Made by a program: the position numbers and the translations under genes. Positions 37,501 through 51,286 of a stretch of DNA of 64,000 nucleotides are shown here, piece after piece. Source of the stretch: Takakia lepidozioides (Eukaryota; Plantae; Bryophyta). Positions within the stretch are counted from its first letter, which is position 1, and every line of letters begins with the position of its first letter. The stretch covers positions 25,110,001-25,174,000 of the forward strand of contig CM060731.1 in NCBI GenBank assembly GCA_030704615.1, given 5' to 3'. The notes beneath the pieces are model-generated. The model was not told the origin of the DNA. It did not search any database and saw only the letters and a program-made list of their open reading frames with translations.

Positions 37501-40500
37501 TTGGCGGTCAACTTTTCTTGTTTTCTGCTTTCCTTTGTCTCATAAGCTCTTACTTTCTTTCCCCCATCCATATCTGCATAGACATTACATCTTATCCAAT
37601 CCCTTCATCAATAGTGGTTGTTTTTGGGCTGCTTGTTGTGGACCTGACCCTCTCTTGTTTCTTGTTTCCCACTTTCTCTTGTCTCATAAAATCTTCGAGC
37701 TTTCCACGGATGTTATAAAGTGTCTTTTCATTTCATTCCTTCTATTTATATCCCAATGCCTTTGTAAAGATGGTTCCGGACGGAAGATTGAGTCAGAATC
37801 TATTTTATCTATCTGTGTAATGAAATGACCAATGATCTAGCCCCAGTTCTTGCATTTATCATCTTCACTCCCTCCTGTGTGTGTTTTCTACAGTTTCCTG
37901 CCTACTGCCTGCATGGTGCTATGGCCATGAGGCTATGGAAAGCAGAGCTTATTGGGATCTTCGTTTTTGGTTCTCTGTGGCTCATTTTGGGGGTGGACAG
38001 GTGTGTGGATTTGATCTACTGCGGTCGCAAGGTCGATCCTATGTTTGTGATGTCAATGGATGGAGTTTTGTCAAAAACTCCTACAAGTATGTATACACCT
38101 TGACTTTCTAGTGCCTCATACCCAGCTTTAAATTTCTGAGCAGGATCATGCCTAGGCACTTAGATGGCAAATGCAGAAGAAATGAAAGGAAATGAAATGG
38201 TACTTTATAACGTCTGCGGAAAGCACTTATGGTCAATGCCTCGTGCAGGTAAGCTGCCAAGCATTTCTCCTCAATTGCATCTCCCACAGATTTCATAGTA
38301 GAAAGGACAGTGAAAACTTTCGGTTTCCCTGTTGCTCCCAGTGCAAGTGGGCCTCAAATTGCAGTTTTTCCCACCTACCAGTCTATCTGGGCCGGGAGCC
38401 CACCATGAACATCCCCAATGCCCTCAGAAGAGAGGGAGATAGAGCTGCAGACAGGTAATTCAAAGAGATGAAATGAATGAAATGGGACTTTATAACGTCA
38501 CAGAAAGCTCAAAGAGCTTATGGGACAAAAGGAAAGCAAGAAACAAGAAAGAATAAAAGACAGAGTGAAGCCAGAAGCAGCCCAAAAGCAACTACTAAAG
38601 TATGACGCCTCCCGAAGGAAGCGTAAATTATGGTGTCTGGAAGGCTGGAAGGTGGACACCAATCGGTGGATTGAGCCCACAACCACTTCCGATGGTATGT
38701 GCCCATTACCACTGGGCTACAACTTGGTGTCCTGGGAAGTTTAGAGGTAACCACATGCACAGACTAGTTTTGGTGAGGAAATGGGACAGACCAGCAAGTA
38801 GTAGTTTGTGGAGATTTCCGTCGACGTGGCACGTTCTAGTAAAGCCACAATGGGAAATCGTTCTTGGTCTGAAACAGGCAGAAAACCATGGTTGTTCTCT
38901 TGCTTCATGTTATCTGGTATCCTTAAACCAGAATTGCAGTAATTCAGAATTATCTTTCTAGTGGGGAAAAGTAAGGTCCATATCATGTACAGGAGATAGG
39001 GCAAAGGCCCTAATGGAGGACTGGCTTAATTTCAGGTACTATGATGATGCAGCAAATGTTTTGAGGACCTTGTTTTTGGAGGCTAAAGCACCCCATCTTG
39101 CTTCAATGCAACAGCCCCCCCAACCCTGGAGCCGGTGTGACCCCAAACAGGTGACGGGCATATCCAGGCAGGGCAGCACTGTGCGAAGCAGCGCATTTGG
39201 GCAGTCCGAAGAGCTTCGCTGTGTGATTGCTGTGTTGCGTCAGTAAGCCGTTCATGACCCTTTGTTCTTTATTGTAAGTCTTTTTCAATTTTTTGTACAT
39301 TCCGACCCTCAACACACACTCATGCTCTGCATTACCTCGTGACATACTTGTGTCATTATGCAGTGCTGACAGGACGCCAAAGCAGAAAATGAAAATGAAA
39401 GTGACAGAAGGGAGGCTGCTGAATCTGATGCTAAAATACAATGGTGGCCGGGCTCAGGCTGAGGTTCTCTTTCTCTGTGGATGTTATACAGTATAAAATG
39501 AAATGAAATGAAATGAAATGGTGCTTTATAACGTCCACGGAAAGCTCATAGAGCTTATGGGACAAAATGGAAGAAAACATGAGAGAGGAACAAACCCAGA
39601 AACCAAGAATAACAATTAATGTTCTAGCGATTGTCTAAGGGTGAAGGCCTCGTGCAGGTAGGCTGCCAGGCATTTTTTATCCTCATAGTGGAAGACATCA
39701 GTGAGAGTTTGGGTTCCACTGAATAAACAGTATAAAAGAAAATCAATCATTTTCATTTGTTTTATCCTGCTTTCTCTTGTCCCGCAAATTCTCTGAGCCT
39801 TCCGTGGACATTATAAATGATCATTTTGTGTCTTTCTTTCTCATACTCTCACATGCACAGCTGGATTTACAGTTGTAATATCCTCTTGGACTATGTCCTC
39901 CAGGTTACAGCGTAGCGCAGGTTTGCAGGGTGTGGTTGATGAGTACAGTCTTTCTCAGGTGCAGCTGGCTACTTAATAGTAGTTGTGGAATACTGAGTCA
40001 CAGGCCGTGTCACCTTCAATTTGAAACTTACGTGTAGTGTGTGCATGATGTCACAGGCAACACTTAAAAGTCCAGAAGAACTGCAAGATCTTCTTGATGC
40101 TATACGTTTGCTGCTACCTTCCCCCAGGTTGGTCTGACTCAACGCAATGTGATCAGTTAAAAATCTGAAAAGAAAGAGGCTGATGCTGGACTCTAAACCT
40201 GGGGTTTGTTATACCAGCTGTGTGGCTGAATGAAATACTGACACATTGTTTCCTATGAATGAGTTCAATGAACTTACCTGGGTGTAGGTTTCCATGCATT
40301 TACAATGTGGACATCATCTAGTGGTGTCTGGATGTGCCTCCAGGTCAGGCAAACAGTGTGACAGTGGGACAGAAGACTGTGAGCAGGCAAAGAAACTACA
40401 CCATGTTAAAGCTGTGTTGGAAGAGGTAAGGTTCTCTTTCATCTCCCATTTGCTTAAATATCCACCTCTATTTAAACCATGGAGCTTTGGTCCCCAAGAA

Positions 40501-43500
40501 TGTGGATGGTTCCATCTTTTTATAAGGGGCACAGCCAGGCATGTTTAACAGCTTTTGTCTGTTGGTCAGCCATTTGAAGACCATATGCCAGATGTACTTA
40601 GCATGCCAAGGCAATATTCAGTCCTCGATAGTCTATTTGATTACTCATCTGGCAAGAAATAAACAGAATGTGTCTCCTTACTAACAAGTCCTACTTCTCA
40701 GCAAGTGGGTGGATGCACCTCCTTTGAGGCAGCTTGTTGAGATTGTCAGTTTGCTTACTATGGGCATGGTCAGAGACATATGTATGGATAACACTATACA
40801 CCTGAGAAACCATCTGGGTGGTGTGAGTAGGGTGGCCACTTCTCAGGGATCTATCGAAAAGTGCAACTGAAGCCCCGAAATTGGGTAAAGCTATTAAAGG
40901 AAGGCAATGAAACAGAAGAAGAGTGCCCTACAGAGGCCTTGATGGTGTTGAAGTATGGGGGTGTTCTTACCCACGCAGGGCTAAAGCAGGTGATAATTCT
41001 CTGAAAGATTTACTGTCAGCATAAAAGGCAGGCTCATGAGATATGCACAGTTTTATATCAAAACATGAAGAATTTGGACTTTATGGAGGCCAACTAAGAA
41101 ATTGGACAAAAGAGGTTGTAAAGGTTAGGTAGACATGAAATTTGGGGTTGAGCTTTGGTTCCCAAAGATGGCAGGGCCTCCATTTACCATCTTGCCAATC
41201 TTTGTTACAGAATGGAACAGTCATGTTGTGCAGGCGGAAGAGTTGGGGCGCACTTTCAGATGCAATATGTATCCAGGTATATATATCCCTGTTCCTCCTT
41301 TTGCAAATGATAGGGAAAGGGGGATGCTGTTGGCTTTGATGTGGACATCTGACTAATATGCTTTGGAAGTAGGGGATGGCACGGGGTTGCTTCGTCTTCA
41401 CAGTACATACCGGCACGACTTGAAGATCTACAGCTCTGACGAGGGCCGCGTCCAGGTATACTTCTGCATCTTACAAATAATACCTACTAGTTCACACACT
41501 ACTCACTGGTTACCTCAATACAATTTTCCCAAGCTATTTTTAAAAGCATAGGGAAGTTTGGCTACTAAGTCGGTAGGTTTTGTTTTAGCATCAGCAGAGC
41601 CTTTGAGGACACTGCACAAGTATGGGGTGAAGCCTCCTAGGATTAATGTCCCCAGATTCAGAAAATTACTAGGTGTTTTGGAGCCATGACGGAGGAAGTT
41701 AAGGCATTTGTCGTTAGATGATTGAACCACTGAAATCAGAGCCTAGTACTGACAGACATTAGTATTGATAGACATCAGACCTATTCCATATAAAGTCATC
41801 TTGAACTGGGTGGTGTGATCTATCATGATTTGCAGATGTCAGCTGCTGCCTTTGCAAAGGGTCTGCTTGACTTGGAAGGGCCATTAACCCCTATCTTGGT
41901 AAGAATTATTTTTTGTGCATTTATTACTCAAATACTTTGATAGGTTCTTATGCTTCCTGCGTGGCTTTTGAACATTTTTATCGAATTGGAGTAAGGTTTT
42001 TATAACACAAGTCACTGCAGGTATCATTGGTGAGCAAAGACTCGCCCATGCTGGATGGACTGGACACTGCCTGTATTGACATGGAGGAAGCCAAGGTAAT
42101 TCTGTGGATTGGGTTGTCACTGCACAGTCACTTCCATCTATTCCTTCGACTAGCTTTATTTCCCAAAGGTATCTCCCTCACTAGTGTTGCAGTGCAAGCT
42201 AGAATGTATCAAGGTTGTTGGTATTACTGACTGTATTTGCTGGTCAATAATAAGGTTTGAGACTTTTAAGCTGAAGCCTCCCTTGGGCCTCAACTCACTA
42301 GGGGGGTGTCATGTGTGTGGCTGTAAACTGCATGAGACACTCTCCATGTGGTGTTTGGAGTCTGTTGATTTGATTTTTCTTGTCGTCCTACTTTGCCCCA
42401 TGAGCCCTCAGGGCCCCCATGGATGTGATAAAATTCGTTTGCTTGTTTTTGTTTCTTTTGTTTACCAAACTTGGCAGTTATTCAGTGACTAATCATTGGT
42501 TATGACTCACCTTTCATGGAATTATGGGTAGGACATGGAAATGGAGTACATACTTTTGCTGACAGAACCCATCGGTTATGTGAATTTGTGCAGGCTAAGT
42601 TGTATGAGGAGATGAAGTTATCAGAAACACAAGTGCCTCCCATCTCGTCAACGCCTGAGATACCATGCATCGTTGACAGGGCTGGCATGCCCACCAATTC
42701 ATTGGATTTGATGAAGCAACTGGTCCTCTCTTTACTTCCATCTTTCCCTCTCTACTCCAAGCATGCAAATAGGCAACTTGTTACTGAATGTGGTCATTTG
42801 GTAACTTCACTATTGAACTATCATTGCTCTCTCCCACCTGGCTCCAAGCTGCTTGTGATCACTGTATATAGTCCATGTGAGTAGGACCTAGAGTCAACTA
42901 ATCCCAATTGCTATGAGGAGTCGGCTTGTTGCTTTTGTACTAGAAAGCGAACTCTTATTGACTATCATTGTAATGATTAACCCAGTGCATGCAAATACCA
43001 CATCACTAGAGGATTATGTCAGTGGCATAAAGGTTGGTTGTCTTTCAGGTTCACCTCACAAGGAAAGTGACAGTGCAAGTGAGAGTGCTGTGTACAGCTG
43101 AAAAGAAGCGTCTAACTGCAATGACCCTACATCACGAGCTCCCATCGTATGATCAGGCCTGTACCCTTGGCAACTGTAATATGGATGTGGACCGAATTGC
43201 TGCAGGGCTACCTTGTGGCAGTGAGGGATTCCCTCTCATGCTGGCCCGCTGGGAGAAGCTTGAGGGGGACATTTACAATAAACGGAAAAAGTGAGTGTTT
43301 GGTCTATTTCGGGTGTGGATGGGGAGAGGCTAGAAAAAGATGGAGGAAGATGGAGCAAGACTGATCGTAATTGGGGTGTTATTGTGCACCATACATGTTA
43401 ATGACAGGAAAGATGAAGAAGGGTTCCCACAAAGAGGAAGAGATAGAAAAGCTTGAGGAGGCACCAAAGTTAACATTGAGCTGTAGACAGTGGCAGATGT

Positions 43501-46500
43501 ACTCTTGACTTCTTGTGTTTAGATGCAGTGATTGGCATGTCTATAAAGGTAGTTCCTGCAGAATGTCAATTCCTCCTGGAAGCACTCCTGCGGGGTTTTA
43601 TCCACCAGTAGAAAGTGGCTAGAGTGCTCGTACACAGCCATCAACATTTGCTTAAAGGGGAGTGGGTGGTGATTGAAATATAGAGAAGATGTTGTTGTTC
43701 CAGCTTCTCTCTATGTAAGGCAGATGCTATGACAGGGTGAGAAGTAAGATTGAAGAAAGAAATGAAATGACATTTCATAATAATATCTGCGGAAAGCTCA
43801 AAGAAAAGCAGGATGCTAGAAAGAGATCTGGCCCCACCAAGCAGCCCAAAAACTATGCTTCACCTTCAAGAGATGTGGAGAGCCTCAATTTGAGAGAAAC
43901 GAAGGACTTCAACTGTCAAGAGACATAACCAACAGACCTGGTGAGAATTGAAAAGATGGAAATAGAGACTGGATAGTCAAGCTTGTGAATGTTCTTGGGA
44001 GCTGGAACACATGTGGATGGACTGACAAGTTGATGATGATGGGGATACAATGCAGTCATTATGATATAAGCAAGGTGCCCGACGTCTACGACTCTGCCAA
44101 GTATGTATTTCCTGACACCCTTAGCTTTTCATTCACTTTGCTTTTGCATCTCGGTTGGCAAATTTTTGGGACTATAGTCTTAAGGAGTTCAAATGAACCT
44201 TGGCTCATTGGTTGGTAGGCACTCTACAAGGCTTAGAACAATCTCTCAAACATGAAAAGTAGGGTCTAGTTCATATCTATGTTGTCCTAAAACACACTTT
44301 CTCAATGTTCCTTCTTGTTTGAGGTTCTCTAGCTTGTCATTTCTGTGGAGGTGTGGTTCACTGCTAGCGGAGGGATGCCAATAAGGATAACCCATGTAGT
44401 TTCCTTCCTTTGCTTACTGCAGTAGTCCTCTTGACTCTTACACCATAGGAGCAAGAGTCAAGGAGGCATGAAGATGACGATGTACCCATCCTTCTATGCT
44501 TCCAGTAGCCTTGTGAACATAGACTCCACTCCCAGTTTGGTTGGAGCAGAGGCAATAGGGACAAGAAGAGAGTCGGGCAGACAGAATGATGAATTTCATA
44601 GGGGGTTGGTCAGAAAGACATTCTTTTGAGCTCTGATTTGAAATGAATAATTCTCGCATGCCTTTGCAGGTGATTCCTTACGAAATTCCAACTTTTCTGC
44701 TCAGTGACCCATATCTCCATCTCTTGTATTTGCAGGTATGATCTTCTACACAATGCACATTTGAAACTTGAGGGTGTCGATGAGCTCTACAGAGTGGCCA
44801 AGGTGCATCATTTATTCCATCCAATTCATTTTTTGAGCTGATTAGGAATTAACATTTAGACCCATCTGAATGTGAGGTTGAAAATGTATGCGCTGCATTA
44901 AGCTCTTGTGAAAAGGCAGAGACTTTCTTTTTGTCCATAGCAGAAAAGTGAGTGTATTTGTAATCCATAAAACACTATGTTTGGAGAAGACATGTGGTTA
45001 AATGACTGTATACCCAACCATATTGTTGCCTGATTAGTGGAATTTGGAGACATACTGTACAGTCCTTGATAACAGTCGTGAGAAAGTTGTCCAATGTTTT
45101 GTTGGTGGTGGTATGGCTCCTCCATTGCTGATTGAGTTCGTTGGCAGAGACTAGCTGATGGATTTATCCCAAATGAGTATGGTGTCAATCCCAAACACAA
45201 GCTTATCATTGGAGCCAAGGTACTCACGCTTTATCCTCTTTTACTTTGAGGCTCAATTGAAGTAGAGTGGTTTACTGGATGGTCCGATAAAATTCTCCAC
45301 TCCATCTCAAGCATGGAAAAGAACGTGCCAATCAGTGTCATGTCTAAGGAAAATGCTTTCCTGTCTGTTGTCCAGATTGCACGCCGGTTGATGGGAAAGA
45401 TTCTGATAGATCTCCGAAACACAAGAGAGGAGGCTGTGAGTGCAGCAGAGATGAAGCAGAAGACAGCCAAGGCTCGTGCCTCTCCACTGATTCCACTGCT
45501 TTCAGAACAAGCTAGCAATCCCAGTGGGATTTTCCATGTCAACAGGGATGGTACAGGCCAGACCTCTGCCACAGAGAACTCCTATGAGCTGGAGGATGAT
45601 GACGACAAGGAGACTCAGTATCGGTTGGATCCCAAGTAGGTCAATGTAATCTTGTACCAACACACAATATATGGATCTGTTCGAAATGCATGGGATGGAT
45701 TTTTCACACTACGCTTGATGTCTTCATGGCAAGGTGTTTCTAGTAATGTTTCGCTAGGTGGAGATGTCTTCATAAAGGTTCAGGAGCTGTTGTTGCTGAA
45801 GCTAGTTTTAATCTGGCACATGCAGTGTGCACTCCAAAGCCTCCTACTCATTTCTGGAAAAAGCAGCATGATGGTAAGGTTGTACATTTGTCCAAAAAAA
45901 AGTCTGAGATGTCACAGGTGAGTTAGAGTTGAAGGCCATCAACCAATGTCTTCTTTCTCCGATACAGACATTCCATGTATTTCATATACATAGGAGACAC
46001 TTATGAGAGGACTTTTGTGACTGCTATCTGTGTGGACTCCACAGGTATGCAAACGTAAGGACTCCAGAGAGGCATGTCCGCACCAGACTTTACTTCACAT
46101 CGGTGAGATCCACTTTAATCACAAAGAGCAGTGGTTGCCATGAAAGCTTCCTAGCTAACTTTCCTCTTCTGCCACTGTTTGCTCCATCCATTTGTACTGG
46201 TACCTGTTAGTCCTATCTGTGTCGTGTGAGGGACTGCCTCAATGGCAAACATGAACGCATCTGGAAAGTTGTCACTGAAGGGCTCATCGCCTACCTCCTC
46301 AGACTATGACTCTTAGTTGAGCTGTAGTTATTTTTGGGCTGCTTGAGGCCCCTCTCTCTTTCTTGTTTCTTTCTATGTGTTGAATTCCCATGCATCCCAC
46401 TTCAAGCAAGGCCATCTTCTTTCTTACAAGGTTACAAGCCCTTCCACAGCCCTTTCACAGCCCAGGCCCTCACAACATCTATCAGGCTCAAACCACCGGT

Positions 46501-49500
46501 TCCAAGCACTATTGGTATGCTTGATGTCCAACTTTTTTGAGCGCAATAGACTCTCTCTTGATTCCCTACTGCCACAAAATACGGGCAGGGTGGAAATTGC
46601 ATCCAAACAAGACTGCATTAGATGCATTAGAAGAGAACTTATGGAATTGCATGTCCGGCGGACATGGAAACCCGGCCACTCTAACAACAAAACTGCACTT
46701 CTATGGGGAGATGTTCTTGGTTCTCCATGATGATAGGATCTTATGGCCTAATTATCTGTCTGCAGCTCTATCTCCCACTCTTCTGTGGGTATTGAAGAGG
46801 TTCAGGGTGGGCGCCCGGGCTCAGTTTGAGCGGAACACAGAAACTACCTTTGTCAGGGGCTGACGCCGGTAGTATGACTTACCTTGGAACAGACAACTAA
46901 GCCAAGTTTTCCAGATATCCTCTAGAAATCCCTTCACACAAGCATCAATCTGCTGTGTGTGGTTTGCCCAATAACTAGGCCCCAAAAGGTACTGGGCTTT
47001 TGCCTCAGTCTCGAGACTTTCAAAGTTGGTAAACAGAGGTTCAATTCCAGGCAATTGCAATCCCTCTTTGCTCTCTGCATCTGTTTGCTGTCAAAGGTAG
47101 GCTTCACAGCCTCAGTTTAAATTTCAGTCTAGTGCCGAGGGTGGGTAAACCCTTGAGGTCATCCATGGTGGAGGAAAGTTTTCTGCGGAACTTCATTTCC
47201 ATCAGACAATTTCCTGGCAACAGACATGGCTTTGGACACTACAGCCTCTAAGTCAATTTCAGCAGGGTCAAGACTTGCGGGCTTAGATTCAGATCCTTGA
47301 GAATCTCTTCTACTCTCTTCTGCCAGGACTTGGCCTGTTTGACAGGGCAATCCTGCTTCCAAGATATTGAGTCGATTAACTTAGGATATCTGATTTTAGA
47401 CATATGTTGCAGCTGACCCCACCATCTGACCTTGAATTCGTCTTATTGGGTGACTTCAATGCCCGGGTGGGCAAAGGTCTTCACCAGGATGATACCACTC
47501 GGCCTTTTGTGTGGACGAGCTGCATTCTAATGGAAGACAGTTAATAAACTGTCTGGAAGAACTTCAGCTTTTGACCTTGAATAATAGGTCAAAAGGGTAT
47601 TTTTAGAGCATGGGGCACTGATCAAGTGCAGTGGACTCGTGAAAAGCCCAAACTGGGGAACGATCCATTGTGGATTATGTCATAGTGGACAAGAATTTGT
47701 TTCCCCAGTGTGCCAATGTGTTGATCGACAGAACTGATGTGGGTAACTCTGTAGATTTTGCTCATCTTGTGTAAACTTGAAGGATTGGCAAGCCATGCAG
47801 AGTACCATACCCTTCAGTCACACGACGCTCAGGCTCAGCCCACTTAGGGTCAGCTAGTCTGTCTGGCTGCTTTGTGTCAACCTCATCCAAGGCATCAAAC
47901 CAGTTAGAAACTTTCAAGTTGAAGACCTCGTCCTTGGTTGTCTTCCTAGAGCGCCTCATTGAATCATCAATGTCTAAGACCCCTCTCCAGCTCATCAAGG
48001 GATGAACCTCTTTGAAGTTAATATGATGTGAGACTCTATTTGTAGCATTTTTAGACATTGAGACCTTCAAGTACCTCTGTTATCAAGTCTCGAGTGGAGC
48101 CATTAGCCACATAATCCAAGCTGGAGTATGTAGTTTTAAAGGACACATAGTCGATCCTGGGATTCACCCCAAAAACTACACATGACCGAGGAATCACCCT
48201 GGGGAGTGTTGTTATCAACAAGGGATAATATATTGTTTGATTTCGCAGGCTATAAATATAAGCACAAGGGCAAATGCTAGCCCAAGTGCCGAGTATGCTA
48301 GACAGAGCATACAACTGCCCATGTTGGGCAGAGGGGTTCCCCAAGCGGTAGGGGTCCGCTTGTTACCATTCAGAGATCACACTCCAGGGTGCTGCAGGGA
48401 ATGGCCCATGTAGGCATATTCTAAAGAGGGAGAGGCCCCAAACTCTCCAACTAAATCAATGCACTACCTTACCTGAAGCAAAGCGCTTCAGGTCAAAACA
48501 AACAAAGACACAAGGTCACAAGGCCGACATTTAGTCACAGAGACATTCATCTACTCCCATATCAAGTCCACCCAATGGCAATAGTAGAGGAGCGGGAGAA
48601 CAGTCTTAAGATAGAGACTGGAAGGTGGGAAAATATGTGATGTGACAACCACCGATGCCCTGCTGGGAACTACAGGGAAATGGAAAGTGAAGAACATTTC
48701 TTCTTTCACTACCTTTATACTATGTGATCTGCGGGAGATTCAACTGTCTTTTCCGGGATACCCAATCTCTCGCGGAGGTCTTCCATTATGAGGATCAGAA
48801 ATGATTAGCAGCTTACCTGCATGAAGCATTGATTCTACAATCTGTTGAGCTACAGTTACTTTTGGGCTGCTTGTCTCTTTCTTGTTTCTTTCTTCCACTG
48901 ATGATCAAAAATGCTTGGCAGCCTACCTGCACGATGCCTTCACCCTTAGACAATCGCTAGAACATTAGTTCTTATTCTTGGGTTCTGGATTTGTTCCTCT
49001 CTCATGTTTTCTTCCATTTTGTCCCATAAGCTCTATGAGCTTTCCGCGGACATTATAAAGCACTATTTCATTTCATTTCATTTCTCTTTACAATTTTCCT
49101 GCATAGGTTACAAGCCCTTCCTCCCAAGGGGCTGGTGGCCAGGGCCCTTGCGACATCTATTAGACTCAAAAAAGCAGGTTTCAAACAATCCTGGTATGCT
49201 CGGGTGGATACCTTTTTTGAACGCCATGGACTCTCTATTGCTTCACTACTGCCAGTGAACCCAGAAGAGGTGGACATCACATCCAAGCTTGACCGCAACC
49301 AACTCATTAGAAAGGAGCTCATGGAGCTACATGTCAGGAGAACTTGGAAGCTACCCAACCTCACGACAAAGCTCCATTTCTATCGAGAAACATTCTTGGT
49401 TCTCCGAGATGACAGAATCTTGCGGCCCAATTACCTTTCGGCCTCTTTATCTCCTTCTCTCCTGAGGGCTTTGGGGCGGTTCAGGGTGGGCTCCCACAAC

Positions 49501-51286
49501 CTACGTATAGAGACTGGCAGATGGGAAAACCTGCAGCGGGAGGACCGCCTCTGTCCAGCTTGCACAGGGCGCAACCAGGAAATTGAAACTGAAGAACACT
49601 TCCTTCTTCTATTGCCCTCTATACTATGAGAGCCGTGGGAGATTCCATTGTCTATTCCGTGGAACCCAATCTCTCACTGAGGTCTTTCACTATGAGGATC
49701 AGAAATGCTTGGCAGCCTATCTGCACGAGGCATTCACCCTTAGACAATCACTCGAACAATAGTTCTTATCTTTGACTCTGGTTTCCTGTTTTCTCTCACT
49801 CACAAAGCCAGTGACAGGGTTTCCATCCGCCAGGTTGGACTGGACTGAAAGGAAACTTTCTAATGTCCCAAGGAAATCCCTCACAGTAGGACCTCTATAT
49901 CCTACAAAGACCAAGCCCTAGTTGATGACCCTTTCAGCATGACTTGATTGAGAAATGAAATGAAATGTGCTTTATAACCCCCGTGGAAAGCTCAAAGAGC
50001 TTATGAACAAAAGAAAAGAAAAGAAAAGAAATGCTACTTTACAACGTCTGCGGCAAGCTCAAAGAGCTTATGGAACAGAAAGAAACAGAAAGAGAAATGT
50101 GCTCAAGTATAAGTCCAGTCCAAAACTCATGAGATGTTAAAAAATTACATCCTCCCTCTCACCCACTGTTTCACTGCTTCCCCCAAGCTGTTTGTCCTTC
50201 TGACATTTGCAAAGCCTATGCAGGAGTCACACATACACTCGTTGCTCAATATACTTTGGTATTGCCATTTGGATGACTCCTCAGAAGGGGAACCTGCCCT
50301 GGTTTCCAACGAAGGTCTGCAACGTATTTTGAAAATCCAGGAGCTTGATTACTTGACTCACGTTGTCTTGCGAATGTATGAGAACACCACGGTAATTAAT
50401 GGCTCTTTCTGGCTCACCATTGTTTTTTAAAATTCCATTGTAAATGTGGGTACTACGTTGCAAGTCATGTGAACCTGGTCATTAGCGCTGGTAAATGTGA
50501 TGGCGATGGCAGTGATCTCAAGTTTTGCTGATAGTCCTAGGAGCCTGCTGCTAGGTCATTATACTATGTTGATGAGTGGTGATCTCCACTCTCTGGTACT
50601 TTGTGGTGAAAGTTTGACCATGTGCCTTTGTGTAGGGCTTGAAGTGGGATAACTTGACTGACTCCAAGTCTTGTAACTCTTAATGCTGGGTGTCTCTGCA
50701 GGTCCCCTTGGAAGATTCAAGAAGATTCCGGATTGAGTTGATGTTCAGTAGTGGAGCAGCCCACAGTCCCCTTGAGGTAGTAAAGACTACTCTCCTGTTC
50801 TTGGAAAAAGCTGACAGTGAATTGCTGATAACCTTGAATGCAAAACCATACAGCAATAATACCAAACTCACACTGCGAGCCTGAATGTTTCAGTTCCATT
50901 ATTGCTTGTGTGGAGAGTATTATCAGCTATCCCACAGTTTTTGAAGTGTTTTTTGGTTACCGTGATGGTGTCAGGCTACGCCTTGCAACCAAGACCATAC
51001 TCTTCCAGTTTTGCCACCAGAGACATTGCAAGACGAGGGTGGCTATGTGACCCTTGATCGACTGGAGAAGTTGGTTCGTCCATTTGCCATGCCAGCAGAG
51101 GACTTCCCTCCTGCCACGCCTCTGCAGAGACTTTCTGCCTTATTTATGAAAGGTGAAGCAGCTTTGGAACTCCTTGTCACTCTTTGGCCTTTCCTTGTCA
51201 TGTCAGTTCCTAATGAATTTGTGAGAACTACAAATGGATGGATTTTATCAACTGGTTCAGATGTTTGGCAATACCTCCTGTTCTAA
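29020..51286 (+). CDS. VIH: Inositol hexakisphosphate/diphosphoinositol-pentakisphosphate kinase-phosphatase (VIH/VIP, PPIP5K family)
   Basis: 30 exons: 29020-29121, 30925-30984, 31672-31718, 31879-31962, 32998-33061, 33560-33713, 34236-34306, 35582-35686, 35938-36030, 36548-36622, 38001-38086, 39036-39242, 39364-39463, 40057-40127, 40344-40425, 40831-40989, 41234-41276, 41373-41455, 41836-41898, 42021-42095, 42594-42722, 43049-43290, 44056-44100, 44736-44802, 45148-45219, 45376-45635, 46045-46102, 50224-50391, 50702-50776, 50975-51286. Motifs include [63 protein letters not shown] and [15 protein letters not shown]. Confidence 0.96.
34504..34544. repeat. (AG)~20 microsatellite at the junction of two LINE 3'-end copies
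   Basis: Direct reading of the AG run. Confidence 0.97.
34545..34970. mobile_element. Two inverted copies of a dispersed repeat (family B, probable LINE 3' end); further copies at ~46820-47000 and ~51695-51940
   Basis: TGTTTGCCGTAGCCTTGTGGC..GACCCC..CCCAGTTT..GGAACA..GGAACAGA..CTAC..GGGGCT at 34562, its reverse complement ending at 34970, and the same text at 51710. Residual coding is shared ([18 protein letters not shown] in ORFs 46821-47060 and 51776-52000). Confidence 0.8.
35230..35420 (-). mobile_element. 5'-truncated LINE 3' end (family A) with (CATTT)n tail; representative of more than 15 intronic/intergenic copies
   Basis: Consensus (GAAAT)nGGTGCTTTATAACGTCCGCGGAAAGCTCATAGAGCTTATGGGACAAAATGGAAG. 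Copies near 2790-2935, 14865-14960, 32355-32520, 34355-34505, 36630-36680, 37520-37745, 38170-38600, 39495-39830, 43755-43860, 48690-49084, 49950-50095 and 56005-56075. Confidence 0.85.
39495..39685 (-). mobile_element. Family A LINE 3' end, young copy
   Basis: (AAATG)5 tail followed by a near-exact reverse complement of 48900-49084. Confidence 0.88.
46400..46815 (+). mobile_element. Family A LINE ORF2 fragment
   Basis: [53 protein letters not shown], homologous to ORF 49135-49629. Confidence 0.85.
47420..47720 (+). mobile_element. LINE AP-endonuclease fragment
   Basis: Manual translation [46 protein letters not shown], with frameshifts. Confidence 0.8.
48690..49797 (+). mobile_element. Three head-to-tail family A LINE 3' fragments; the last retains the ORF2 C-terminal zinc-knuckle region
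   Basis: [39 protein letters not shown] (49135-49629) followed by the family A 3' UTR; (CATTT)n tail at ~49065-49084. Confidence 0.88.

Noticed and set aside
47000-48350. Minus-strand ORFs (SNWFDAL etc.) as a nested gene
   Set aside because: Fragmented and surrounded by LINE debris; probably ORF1-like remnants, but unassignable.
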